A DNA stretch of 63,244 nt, filler included, from Atractiella rhizophila (Eukaryota), in assembly GCA_021432655.1 (NCBI GenBank). It is 4 parts of 4 records of this genome, joined end to end, with 100 filler letters (N's around TTAATTAATTAA, not from the genome) between each part and the next. Parts side by side here need not be neighbours in the genome. Positions count along the whole stretch, not along the records: positions 20,009 to 50,275 come from MU271579.1; positions 50,376 to 58,050 come from MU271580.1; 2 more parts are not named here. The stretch is one strand, 5' to 3'. Made by a program: the position numbers and the translations under genes. Below, piece by piece: positions 40,050-51,859 of the stretch. Each line of letters opens with the position of its first letter. The stretch's first letter is position 1. The notes below the pieces were generated by a model that ran no database searches, was not told the origin of the DNA, and worked only from the letters and a program-made list of their open reading frames with translations.

Positions 40050-41523
40050 CTACCGCATCAGCTCCGCATGGCGAGCTTTCAATTCCTTTGCAAATTTCTT
40101 CATTCTCTCGATATTCGCTTCATCTGAAAGCACATATTTAAGTAGTGCTATAAGTGCCTTCAGGCCGTCCCTTCTCCCCTCCGACAGCCCAAGATCATAT
40201 TCCTCACTCTGACGAAAGTAGACCAGCGAATCAGTAGGAACCACTAGATTTTCATCGCTTTCACGACGTGCTTGGAAGGGAAGAGAGCAGCAGAGATGTG
40301 CATCCCAGCGCGATTCATGCCGATAACAAAAGCCTAGATAGCAACTCAGCACTCATAATGAATGCTTACCTCACAACTTCCAACGCCATAAACTTTACTG
40401 TTACTTGTGGCGTGCGCTATCATCATGCCAAGCTCTTGAGCGTACGAAGGAGGGCTGGGGATGTTGATCCCTCGCAGGTGTGTGTGGAGGCGACGCCGAC
40501 AAAATAGGGCTGACATCTAGATCGTCCGGATGCCGATCTAGGTACGCGCGTTTCTCTTTATTCTCCCTTTGCCAGTGCAGGCTCGATAACAAGTCTTCTC
40601 CCCATGCCGTCCTTGTACAAATGCTTTACGATGCCAAGTTAAAGGTCATTAGTGGAAGTAACACGGTCTTTTATGGGTGGTGACCTGGAAGTACAATCCA
40701 ACTGGAATGCCATCTTCCTTGTCCAACTCATACTCCGTCAAGTCTCCGTCACGTCTTTAAATATCAGTGAAGAACAGACGAAAGTTTCCGGCTCGTTTGA
40801 CCCCCAAGGTCACGCTATCTTCTAATCTGGATTTCGTGCTAGCCAGGATCAGTCCATTCTGCGTGTATTAACACTCACTCCTACCGAAGTTTGAATATCT
40901 TGTTCTTGACCGCTAAAGAACCGGTTTGCGTCAAATACTGGGCATGAGCCACATCGACCATTGAGGCGCGATCCGCCTCAGTGATTGCAATGGGCTAGCC
41001 ATCAAGTTTGCGTTAGGGATATCTTGCTCATAGCCATTCTCTAGGTCTTCTACAGAGAAATGCTCGAACTCGAGAATGAGGTATTGTTCAAGCTCTAAAA
41101 GTTCTGTCAGCAAGACTACGTCTACACTCGTTCCTGTCCTACCCTACCTGAAACATCGTCAAAGTATTCCCTTGAGATGACGTGCTGTATGGGCTGTCAA
41201 TGGGACAACACGGCAAGTTAGAATGTGTTCATCGCTCCAACATGAGGAAACCACTTGGAATTTCTTCACTGCGGGTGGGGTGACATTGCATGTAAGAGTG
41301 GGAAGCGCTGATACGTTACAGATGTCGTCTTTGGTTGGAACAAAGAGAAAGTCGAGTTCGAGAGATGAAACGGCGAAGTGGGGACAATTGGTGCGCGCGC
41401 TTTCCGCGTCGTATTTTGCGCTTAGCGATCTTCCGCATAGAACCATGGGATCCGCGCAGTGGGAACCTGGGCTGCTGACTAGTAAATGTGGATGTGCGTC
41501 GTAGTTTCTATTTGTAAGATCAT
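40050..41523 (-). pseudogene. Orphan family B copy 2, pseudogene (closest to copy 1)
   Basis: Homologous blocks (WSDEHILTCRVVPLT; LEQYLILEFEHFSVEDLE; PTDSLVYFRQSEEYDL..EGRRDGLKALIAL..FAKELKARHAEL) broken by frameshifts and stops (e.g. just after the ATG and at KAMKI*). Confidence 0.8.
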
Positions 41524-42432
41524 CTTAACGTAATGTTCTTGCTAGGAAGTTACGATGGGTTTTGCTGCGGCATCGCACGAAAACGAAAACAGCAGGAGAA
41601 TTTAAGAAAATCTGACCTGAGCGTAAGAGCGTTGAGGACACCAAGTTGCTAAAGTATGCGCTAGTAGGAAGAGAAGTCACAAGGGAACGGGGACCAGTTC
41701 TCGCCTTTATGACCAGGAACATGAATGAGACCACTGTCGATGTCGACTACTTATAAGTGAGATGGCGGTGAGGATAACAAGCCCTGGAAGCCGGGAAGAA
41801 GGCCAGGCGCTAGCTTTGATTACATTGCCAGCTATATTGCATTTCGCTGCGTCGCCAGGGGAACCAATGAAAGAAAAAATGAACAAGAGTGAGGAAGAAG
41901 GTCGACTTACAACTGTACTCGAATTTTACAGCCTGAGCGTATTTCACCAGTTGACATGTTTGTGGGGTAACAGTGACCAAATTCATGTTTCATTGATAGA
42001 TTAAATATAGTAGATCAAAGTTTGCAATTGTTTTACATCGTTTTCGTTCTTTTGTGAGTATTAAATTATGTTGCGCCCACCTGTGTCGAATTCTGCTCCA
42101 TTCTCTTGTGGAGACACTCATATATTGCAATGACCAATGACGAAAATATCATGATGTAGAGAGAAAAGCCATGTGGGTATTTATTTATTCTTGTTTTTGT
42201 TTGGAAACTTTGTCGATTCCTGTGAATAAGACGTGGACAAAGCACGATTGGCTTCAAGTTGGATCAAACGTGTTCGGATGCGCTCCTGCCCTTCAAATGA
42301 GCTGTAATTTACTCCGGTTCTGGCAGGTAATCTAGTTATAACATGCTTTTATGTTATTCAAAACTGTCTGCGACAGCACAATGAAGTATAAACGGAGAAA
42401 GACGAAGCACCTCGAATAGAAAGCCGCATTTG

Positions 42433-44083
42433 CTACTGTTTCTGTTCTTCATGACGAGATTTCAATTCCTTCACAAATTTCTTCATCCTCCCAATCTTCG
42501 CTTCACCTGAAAGCACATATTTGAACAGTGCTATCAGTGCCTTCAGGCCGTCCGTTCTTCCCTCTGGCAGTGCAAGGTCAAACTCTTCACTCTGAAGAAA
42601 ATACACCAGCGAGTCTGTTGGGAGGACGGCATTCTTCATGGCTTCTAGGATGTGTTCTGAAGGGAAGAAAGCGGAGGAGATGTGCATTCGTGTGTGATTC
42701 ATGCCTATAACGAATGCCTTGACGGGGTTCAGTGACTATACATCCACAAGCCCGAACAAACTGACCTCATGATCAGCAACTCCGTAGGCTTTACTATTAG
42801 CGGTAAGCTGCGCTAACATCATGCCTAGCTCTTGCGCATGTGAAGGAGGGCTTGGAACATCCTTTCCCTTCAAATGTAGAGACTCTGATGGCCGAGGGGG
42901 AGGTGTTGGCGTAGATACGATGGAACTGACATCCGATTCAGGATGCTGGCGCTGATACTCGCGTTTCTCCTCATTCTCTTCATGTGCATAACGACAGTCT
43001 GCCTTCTCTTCCGACCAGCGCCGCCCTTCAGCAAAGGACTGAGCATGCTAAGAAAGGATTATTACTCTGATTTTTGCGACATAAATGCTCTTGCCTGAAA
43101 ATAGAATCCAACCACAGGAACACGCTCTTCTTTATCGACGAAGGCAGTATGATATTCGGTCACGTCTCGAAATATAATGGATGAGTAGAGGGTCAATTTC
43201 CAATTGGTGTTGCCTCCGAGAGTAACGCTGCTTTCGACATGTTCCTTGGTGCTGCTTGAAATGTCAATTGTGGGTTTGTCGACTAAACCACTCACCAGAA
43301 ACAAAGTTTTAGCCTTTTCTCTCCTATCTGCAGCTTTGAGTCGTCAAAGAGACCCCAAGTAATTTCATCCATCAGAGTTTGCGCCAGCCGCACCCCAGAC
43401 ATCCACTCGCTCCTTAATATCGATCTCAGAGTCAACAATGGAGCGACCATCAAGCTGCCCATCGGAATAGATGCTTCAGAGCCATATTCCAGATCTTCCA
43501 GAGAAGGTCGTTCAAAATCTTGAATGATTCGGTTCTCGAATTCTGAACATGAGTGCTTTAGCCAGTTTCTCTTCTTGTTATAGAGCGCACCTGTCAGATG
43601 ATCAAAGTATTCTCCAGGAATCACATGTCGTATCGGCAGCGCTGTTAATGGGACAACTCTGCAGGCAAGGATGTGATCATTGGTCCATTCCGATAGATCA
43701 GCCCGAAACGATTGAGGTGTGGAGAAACTCGAATTTCGCCCTGTGAAAGATGGCAAAGATTGTGAATCCGAAGTGTATCGTTTGTAGAACGTGTTTCTTA
43801 AAAGTTCTTCTTCAATAATGAGATGGACTGGCATTCTTGTTCTTGTAGACAACTGGCGAATGGAAGTTGGCTGAGGTATCGGTACTGGGTCTTTGAGCCG
43901 CCATTTTCGCTTTCCAACCGTACGGGTGGTAGAGCGAGAGATGCCGAGCGGCAAATTCTGCTCTTGGGGGTAACGAGGTGTGGAAATGCGCTTTGGGACC
44001 AATTTCCTGCTCCGTAACTGCATATTTTCTTCTCGTTCGCGTCGAATTCTTTCGGTAGATATCTCATGTCGTGTTTGAACCAT
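42433..44083 (-). CDS. Orphan family B copy 3: putative catalytically dead nuclease-fold paralog
   Basis: DLSEWTNDHILACRVVP...TLGGNTNWKLTLYSSIIF...PVVGFYFQ|HAQ...SHAQELGMM...AFVIGMNHTRMH...SEEFDLALPEGRTDGLKALIALFKY. Third intron is GC-AG (donor ~43094). Confidence 0.75.
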
Positions 44084-44520
44084 GTGAGGTCTGCATTGAA
44101 GCTACTGTAAAAGTAAAAACGGCAAAAAAGACACCATACGCGGTATGAGAAATGTGCAGTATTCGGCAGATGATCCCAATGTCAAGCACAATTACTTCCA
44201 GGAGTGGAGAGGGCGATCACGTGAGCAAGATACAACAACATAGGGTACGTAATCGGCCTTCCAGGCAATCAAAACTTTGCACTTTATCTCATGTCCAAAT
44301 AAATCACGACTCCACCTTGTAGTGTTGCCAATAGGCACGCATTTTCATGTCTTGCCTTGTCAACTTCTGACCTTCTAGCTAGGCTGGGCTTAGGACAAAC
44401 AAATCATAAAAGCGTTTTCAATACGGATCTTGATTTCTTTGAAGTTGGAGGAAATGCGAAGTGCGACTATAAATGAGCATTAAGAGCGTTGCTTCAATTC
44501 TGTCAGTGTTTAAGTCTCAA

Positions 44521-46576
44521 ATGGCATCGGAATCTCAAGCTGCAGAAGGATTTATCGACAGTAGCACAGAGCTCATCAAAGGTACGAAGAAACGTACTCG
44601 TAACCAGGTTCAAAATGGTAAGCCTTCACCAGATTGAATAGAATTAGGAGGCGTGATACCATGAAAATCGCTCGCAGAACCAAAAAAGAAGAAAGAGGAC
44701 GCGGACCGTTCTGACTCTAGTGGGTCGGAAACAGAAGTAGATTCTGAAGGAGACCCAGGTGTGTCTGTACCTTCTACCCGCACGGTGATCATACAAACAT
44801 TTCGGACAGGTAATAACAATGCCGCTGAAACCACCTACAAGCCATGGCCAGAGATCAAGGCTGGTCCCGATTCTTGGGTCAGCGCGTACAAAGAAGCAGA
44901 TCGAAAAAAGGTCCTCCTCAACAAGCGTGTCGTTCGGAGCGGCAGTAAGTGGAATGAGGAGAATCTTCAAGCGCTGCACGTCATTCCACACTGTGACGAG
45001 GATATCGCCACGATGATCCCAGATTCCACTGAGTTTGACGAGGTTGAAGAGTCGAGATGTTAGTATCATGCCATCGCAATCAGAGTGAAATACTGACTGT
45101 GATGTAGTGTTTGAGGAGATTTTATCAGCGGTGACGGAAGAGCACTCATCGAGTACCTACCTGAGAGACTTTCAAAACGCCTTGAGTTTTGCTACGCGTA
45201 AAGGCTTCCGTATTCCTGCCGTACACTACGACAAATCTCGACCTCCAGCTCAGGATCCCGAGCTGGAGTCCGAGCCAAGCACCCAAGGTTCTCCCCCTCC
45301 TTTTTCGGAAGGAGAAAGGGAAGAGACTTCACTTCTCGCAGTTCTCGAAGTGGACGTGGACGTGGAAAAGCCACCTGTTCTGGAACAGAAGAAAGTAGTC
45401 TTGGACTCCTCACCGTCGGCGCGAGCTAGCTCGTCTACCAAACCGGCCAAGAAGATCACCCAAGTTAAGGTTGCAGAGCAGGAAACCTCGTACGAGGAGG
45501 TCGCATACGCGTTCATTCGCCTTGCCTTGATATCATGTGGAGCTGTGCCGGGTGAAGAAGCGACGAAGAAGAACATCTTAGCTTGGCCTAATCGGAGGAC
45601 ACGGGAGAAGAGAAAGGTGAAGAGATCGTCGAAAGGGGCAGGACGACCCGTGGGAACCAAAAATTCCGAAGAATTCGTTTGGCTAGGATTAAGGTAGGTT
45701 GCATCCCATATCTGAGGTGCAGCAGCTGATGGCAGCCTAAATCACCACAGCCGACATCGTCAGGTCACTAATTGGGTGATGGGTGGCCGAACGAAGGGTG
45801 GTGCTGGCAGACCAGACCAACTGTATGTGTCGAGGACGGATGGGGCTATTGTTGTCATGCTGCTTGCGCCGGAGGAGACTTCAAAGGCTCAACCAGGCCC
45901 ACTTATTCCGAAATCCGACGAGGCTCAAGCTGAAGCTGAAACGGAGAACAGCAAGGAAATCAGCGTCAAAGATGCACTTGAACCTTTAAGAGACGCGACT
46001 CCAGAGGAAAAGGTCGTTCACCATCAAGGCAAGGAACGGTTGATAGTGGCTGCAGAGTCGCAGCCTGTCATTCAAATCGAAGTACGTCCTCACGTGCCTT
46101 GTACTTTAGCTAATAGTTCGACAGACAAAAACGAGTAAACATACTCCGTATCAGATGCTGCCCCAACAAGATGCAGAACTGATCGCCAGGGCACTGAAGC
46201 CATTGAAGGACCAGAAATACATCGATTTGAGCAAGTGCACCGACTTTTATCCCCAAGACGAAGTGAGTGGCACGTCAAGCGTCTTCTCCAAAACCTAAGT
46301 TGATTTCCTTTTCAGGCTTGGCTGATTTCGTTTCGAGGTTTACACATGCACTTCGTGAAGACTATCTTCACGGCTGACTATCTCGCTGCTCTGGTCAGAA
46401 AGCAAGACCTTGGAGATCTCTATCGAGACGACTACCAGAGCAAAGAGTTAGATATTCTAGACCCTGAGAAGCGCGCTGATGCTTTCTATTATTTAACCAA
46501 GCTTCTTTGTTATCACAGGTCCTCCAAAGCGAGACAGAACATGCGCGTACTTCACAATGCCTATAAGAGCCTGTAA
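44521..46576 (+). CDS. Orphan family A copy 2: putative PD-(D/E)xK-fold nuclease
   Basis: MASESQ...KKKK...RSGSKWNEENLQALHVIP...EQETSYEEVAY...LYVSRTDGAIV...QPVIQIE|TK...MLPQQDAELIA...AWLISFRG...ELDILDPEKRADAF...NAYKSL; canonical introns. Confidence 0.78.
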
Positions 46577-46828
46577 TCATTGATCTAATCGTTCTGTCCT
46601 CTTCTCTCGTTGGCGGCGGATACAAGTGGTCACCTCATGGACTGGTTACCTTTTTTGCTACTCCATCGATTTCGAACAATATTCGTTTATGTATTTACCA
46701 GCTTACTCGACTGCGTTGCAATGCGTCATAAGTGACTTTACATCACAGGCCGAAATTGGACAAGCAACAAACATTAAAGTAAAGAACGAAATTAAATCGA
46801 GTCCATTGTCCATCCACAATTCACAATA

Positions 46829-48160
46829 TTACTCCTCAGCAAAGGGGCTGGGGTCGATCCTATATTCCCTCTTCTTAGGATAAGCGGATCCAGCGATGGA
46901 AGTTGTCGTGGTGCAGCTGTACGTCTTAGTGGTCGGATGGGCAGCAGGAGTGGTCTTGTCACCCTGGTGGAAGGTTGACGTTCCATAAACACCGGGAGTG
47001 AGAGGATCAGAACCCTGGCACTTGTCGAAGTATCCAACGTCGTAGTTTCCGGGATCGTTCCATTCGCTGCCCATCTCGTCGTAGATGTGAGGGCAGTAAG
47101 CCTTCTCCCTGCCAGTTCCGGGAATGCACACCTATCCATGAATCCCTTGTCAGCTTAACAGCACAAAACTAGACATGAGGTGGGTGGACAAACGCGAATG
47201 GAAAGCGTGTTGTAATCGATGAACTCGTGCCATTCCGCATATTGGACTTTCTTGCCTTTAAGAGAACCGATGACGAGGCCGCCTATTCCACATGGTAAGA
47301 CACATCAAGGTGGCATCAGACCTGTCGAAAAGAGCGGAGTAAAGGAAGGAAGAAAGGTGGACAGACCAATGGGATTGCCCTTGCCGCTGGGACCATGAGG
47401 ATCAAGCTCTCCTCCCTCGTCGCCCTTCAACACGTTGACTTTGGTGAAGTCGCCGGTACAGGTGATTTGGAGGAATGACTTGGTTTGCAACCAGTGGCAT
47501 CTATTTGAAAGAGATAGTGTTAGAGGAGACGGCTGATACTGGGAGGAAAAGCACGACATACCCTTTCAAAGTCCCGGCAGGAATGAGCCTCGCACCGTGA
47601 CCTATTCAGTCGAATCTTTATCAGGGATGTACTGTCACATTCAAAGCACGAACCAGGTTTAGTGCACCAAGCTACCTGTTCACAAATCACTCATTTAAGC
47701 CTTCGTTCCGACTAAAAGGTAAGCAAGGAAGACGCACAACAGTCTCTTCGACGTCGCCGATTGTCTTACCCTTGCTCTGAGGAGCGAACATGCCTGTCGC
47801 GACCCCAATCAGCTTGAGCGATGGGGGATGGGAAGAGAAGGCACGGACACCAATCGTCGATGCTGTATATCCAGGCAGTTTGACACTTGCTATCAGACAG
47901 CAGAACGCTTCAGTAACTTGCCGAAGAGGAGTATACCAGAAACAGACCTGGAAGCGCTGTCAACAGTCCCACAGTCGTTGTACCCGCTTTGTCCCTTCCC
48001 ACCAGGAATCATCAGTCCCCCTTGCTCCATGGAAACACCGCCTGAAACTCACTTCTTCGCTCTGATGAGGAAGATTGTTGGGGTCGACAATTGCACCGGC
48101 TTTGACGAAGTTGAGCAGTGTGCCCACGAGAGCAACGGTTAGAAGGGTGGATTTGAACAT
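46829..48160 (-). CDS. Secreted Cys-containing glycoprotein, MP88/'macrophage-activating glycoprotein'-like
   Basis: Signal peptide MFKSTLLTVALVGTLLNFVKA; VAWCTKP, ARLIPAGTLKG, GDEGGELDPHG..GNPIGGLV, YCPHIYDEMGSEWNDPGNY. Family assignment is from memory of these motifs. Confidence 0.75.
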
Positions 48161-48497
48161 GTTTAGTGGGTTGAAGTAAAGAATGTGAGGTTAAGGAGTG
48201 TTAGATTATGAAGAATTAGGTAGATTCCCAGGTCCAAAGCTGGAAGAGTCAAGAGAGGCTCGTGAGCTCGATCGAAGGGAATGGACAAACCAGAAACGAC
48301 CAGATGCGTGCTTTTTATATCCTCAGCGATCGGTAGAAAGAAAGTTGAAATTTGAAGCCCCGCTTTCCATCCGATCTTCCCAGTTCACCTTCTTATTCGA
48401 CTCCCTTTTACGCATCCTGTTTCCCCTTGTTGTAGGCTGAGCAAGAACCCCTGCAATAAGAATTATTGTGAGGTTGTTCGAGCCAAAGAGAAATTGA

Positions 48498-48901
48498 ATG
48501 TCCATTTGCAAACCAACTCCCTCGACGCTCCGTCTCCTACTACGCATCACTCCAAACGCTCGCCATACCTCCATTTCTGCTCCCTCAAGTTTTGAAAGGG
48601 CAGAGGCGGTCGCGCTACGCGTAGCGGCACCTCCAAGGGATGGAGAGGCGAATGAAGAGGTCATCAGGTTCATCTCCAAGGTAAACATTGTCGCCTATTC
48701 ATCATTCTAGAGGAAGCAGAAAGGTTGACGCGTTCTTGGATGGTTGGGGCACTCCGGTTCCATTAGGCGCTCAGTTGCAGCAAAGGATCAATACAGATTG
48801 TCAAAGGTTTGAAGGGGAAGGATAAAGTTGTCCAGATTGAAGGTGTGCACAAAGAGGTGGAGGAGGTTCGGAAGCTCTTGGAGGGATTAGTCGACAGATG
48901 A
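48498..48901 (+). CDS. DUF167/UPF0235 (YggU-like) small protein
   Basis: LRITPNA...LRVAAPPRDGEANEEVIRFISK|ALSCSKGSIQIVKGLKGKDKVVQI. Confidence 0.8.
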
Positions 48902-49203
48902 GTCTGAAAACGGTTCAAGGGTCAATGGCTACTCCGTGCACAAGATAACGAGTCGAAATACGAATGAAATGCATGAATGATGTTCAACTACTAGTATAGG
49001 TCTACTTCTGTGCTACCATGAGGAAAATGTTTGAAGTTTGTGATGATACTGCGAAAACTCTGCAAAAACACCCTGAGAGGCAACATTGTTAGGAACATGA
49101 TCTGAGAGAGAGTTTGAGTCAAGTAAAGGCAGAAGAACATGTAGTGAATGCTGCAAGAGCAATACATATCTTAATCGAACGAGAAATGACGACTATCACA
49201 AAA

Positions 49204-49840
49204 TTAGACGAAAAATAAGCACAGCATTCGAATGTTAGAAGAGACAGCTTTCGTCTGTTCAATTAACAGAGGCAATGCGCCAATGTCCAAGAAGGGAAAA
49301 GGACATGATATGGCTGAGCCGGCGTAGGCCAAAACTAGCTCCAATTTTGGGTCGACGTTAGGCTGTTTTGAGAATAGATTTTCCCTGACGAAAGAAAGCA
49401 GATGGGAGAGGGGCACACTGGAGCGGTCTGGATTGTCCAAGTGTACGGTCATGTGGCTACCTCTTCTTCAACCCCACCTCCTTTTCGAGATGAATCTAAC
49501 TTGAAGCCCATCCATCCCTCATCTCCTTCCTCTGCTTCTTCCGCACTAGATATATTCGACATTTGATCCAGCGAGGCGTCATCCGTTCTCAAGACAGAGA
49601 TAAGGTCACCGTCACCAGTGGAAGTTTCCATCGGTGTAAATCGACAGGTGACACCAGCAAGTCCACAAGCAGAACACCGATTACGTGTGCACACTCGGTT
49701 GAAGCGGCTGTTAAAGAACGCACATCTTCAGTCAGACAAAGAAAGGTCGAAGGCACATGGAGTACATAACATACCGACAGGCATTGCAGCTCTCTTCTTT
49801 CTCATCCTCGGCGCCTTCACGTCGAGTCTGGGGGTTCGTC
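49204..49840 (-). pseudogene. Truncated/degenerate Zn(II)2Cys6 transcription factor
   Basis: Spliced CNACR|RFNRVCTRNRCSACGLAGVTC (C-x2-C-x6-C-x4-C-x2-C-x6-C). No in-frame ATG found upstream and no long C-terminal region. Confidence 0.5.
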
Positions 49841-51859
49841 ACGCTCACTGGCCAACTGCACGAGGTCTTGTTCCATACGCAGGGAATACAGGACGCCGTA
49901 TCCTGTGGGGTCTATTGCCATGTTCCGGTCCACAGTACTTATTCAACCGCCTAGAGGCTCATCAGCCTCTTTAATGTACTAATGCCTCAGACATTCAGTG
50001 GGAAACGCACCGGCAACGATCACATTTCTCCTCTAATGATTGTACCCCACGAGCTTTACGAATACCCTTGGCACTGTGTCATTCCACTTAGCTCTAATTC
50101 GCGAGAGGAGATACCTGGGGACGCTTACCCTTGTTTTAGAAGTTGTTGCGGTGTGTTTCTGTTTTACTAAGGTTTGCTTCTGGTTAGAGCGGCGACGCTT
50201 CGGCGAAGGTCCGGGAGAAGGTTTGGGAAGGAGGAGCTTGTGAAGGTCGTGCTTCTTTGAGAAGTACATCGATCCNNNNNNNNNNNNNNNNNNNNNNNNN
50301 NNNNNNNNNNNNNNNNNNNTTAATTAATTAANNNNNNNNNNNNNNNNNNNNNNNNNNNNNNNNNNNNNNNNNNNNTTTCTAGTCTAAATCTAGCCCCGAT
50401 GCCCAAAAGTCACCTAATGGTCGGCGGAGGGGGGAAGAGGGATAAGCGCAAGAGCTTCCTCCGGCCCTGAGGAGTCGGTCGGGACAGAGGACAAAGGTTG
50501 GCTGATAGGGGATGATGATTTTGGTTTCGATCAAGGATCGAGTTGTGCTCAGTTTCGTTCTTCACCGTTTCAACTTTCAACAACACGATCGTTTCCGTTC
50601 CATGCACATCAGGTTGTATAATTGAGGCCAACGGGTTCTGAGGAGTGCTTCAGACTGTGAAGGTTGTGCAGTATCTAGTTGCATAAAGTAGACCTTGGGC
50701 CTAATTTTTATTTTGTCAGCATTCATCCCTGCACTTCCACCCATTTCTCCTTTCCCTTCCAATTCCAACTTCTAGTCGGATCCGCTATCCCTCCCTTGGT
50801 TCAGCAAGCCTCAAATTCAGGCTTCAGCTCCAATACTACATTGATATTCTAACTTCCTCGTATCGCCAATCAAACACTATTGCGCCGCAACCCACGATTC
50901 AGCGTTATGCTCATTTGAGCTTTGGCGGCACCTGTGCGTGAGGTGGAAGAGTCGCGCCACTAAGTTCTAATGGTAGATTGTCTTGAAGCTGCTTGCAGCT
51001 TTCGTTCAGGCCGCAATTGACAGCATACAGTAATGTGTCCCAATCCATAATCGTCCCTTCTTGGATTGCACCGTTTAACAACAACCCAACTGGAATGCAA
51101 CAACCAACCTTGCCCTGTCCCAGCTCGTCGCCTTGACTCTTTACCTAGCTTTACTTGACCTGGGGCTCTTTCAATTCCATGTAAGTACGTCTCCTAGTGG
51201 ACTAGAGAGTGACATTCATCTTTCTATTAGTCATGCCCCCCCTTCCCGTTGGTACCAGGAGAAAGTCAATGGAGCTTGTGTAGCCTTAGGATAATTTTTC
51301 CTGGCTCGCTCCTTTCGGTCGGCTTGATTTTTAGCGGTACACGTTCATTTTTGTCCAACGGTCGTAGTATGTGGTCGATTTTACTTGTTGTGTTCCGACC
51401 AATACAGTGTTTTGGCTCTCGAATCATCAAGACCGATGCCTGGATAGTCCTCCTAATCACCGTACGCTCTTGGTCTCAGACTCTCCGCCAGATCGGGAAT
51501 CGAAAGTGCACAATTGGACTTGCTTCATGGCGATATCCGACAGCAAAACTTCTACTACTCTGTCTTTTCAGGCATGCAAGTGCGTCTTAGGTTGAGATCA
51601 AAACATTCAGTTTCGAAGCACTGTAAACGAACCCCCATGTAATCCACATTCCACGTCTTACAATTGGTGAAAATTGTTCGTTAAATTACGTGTCAATGTT
51701 GTGGGTGAGGTTAAATAGAGAGACAAATTCGTGACAGCAGACCAATTGGGGAGGATGGGATGGATAAGGCTGAAAATCAAACTTAAAGAAACGAACCCAG
51801 TGCAAACAAAATATTTCTAGAACCAGTCCAAAACAAAGAGCACATCTGTCCTTTCTCGA

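Noticed and set aside
25305..48160. A/B region as a classical DNA transposon or Starship-like element
   Set aside because: No DDE transposase, tyrosine recombinase, terminal inverted repeats or target-site duplications were seen by eye; mobility is unproven.
50033..51600. Short ORFs flanking the gap, possible transposon or gene relic
   Set aside because: Frames are broken and no domain motif was recognised.
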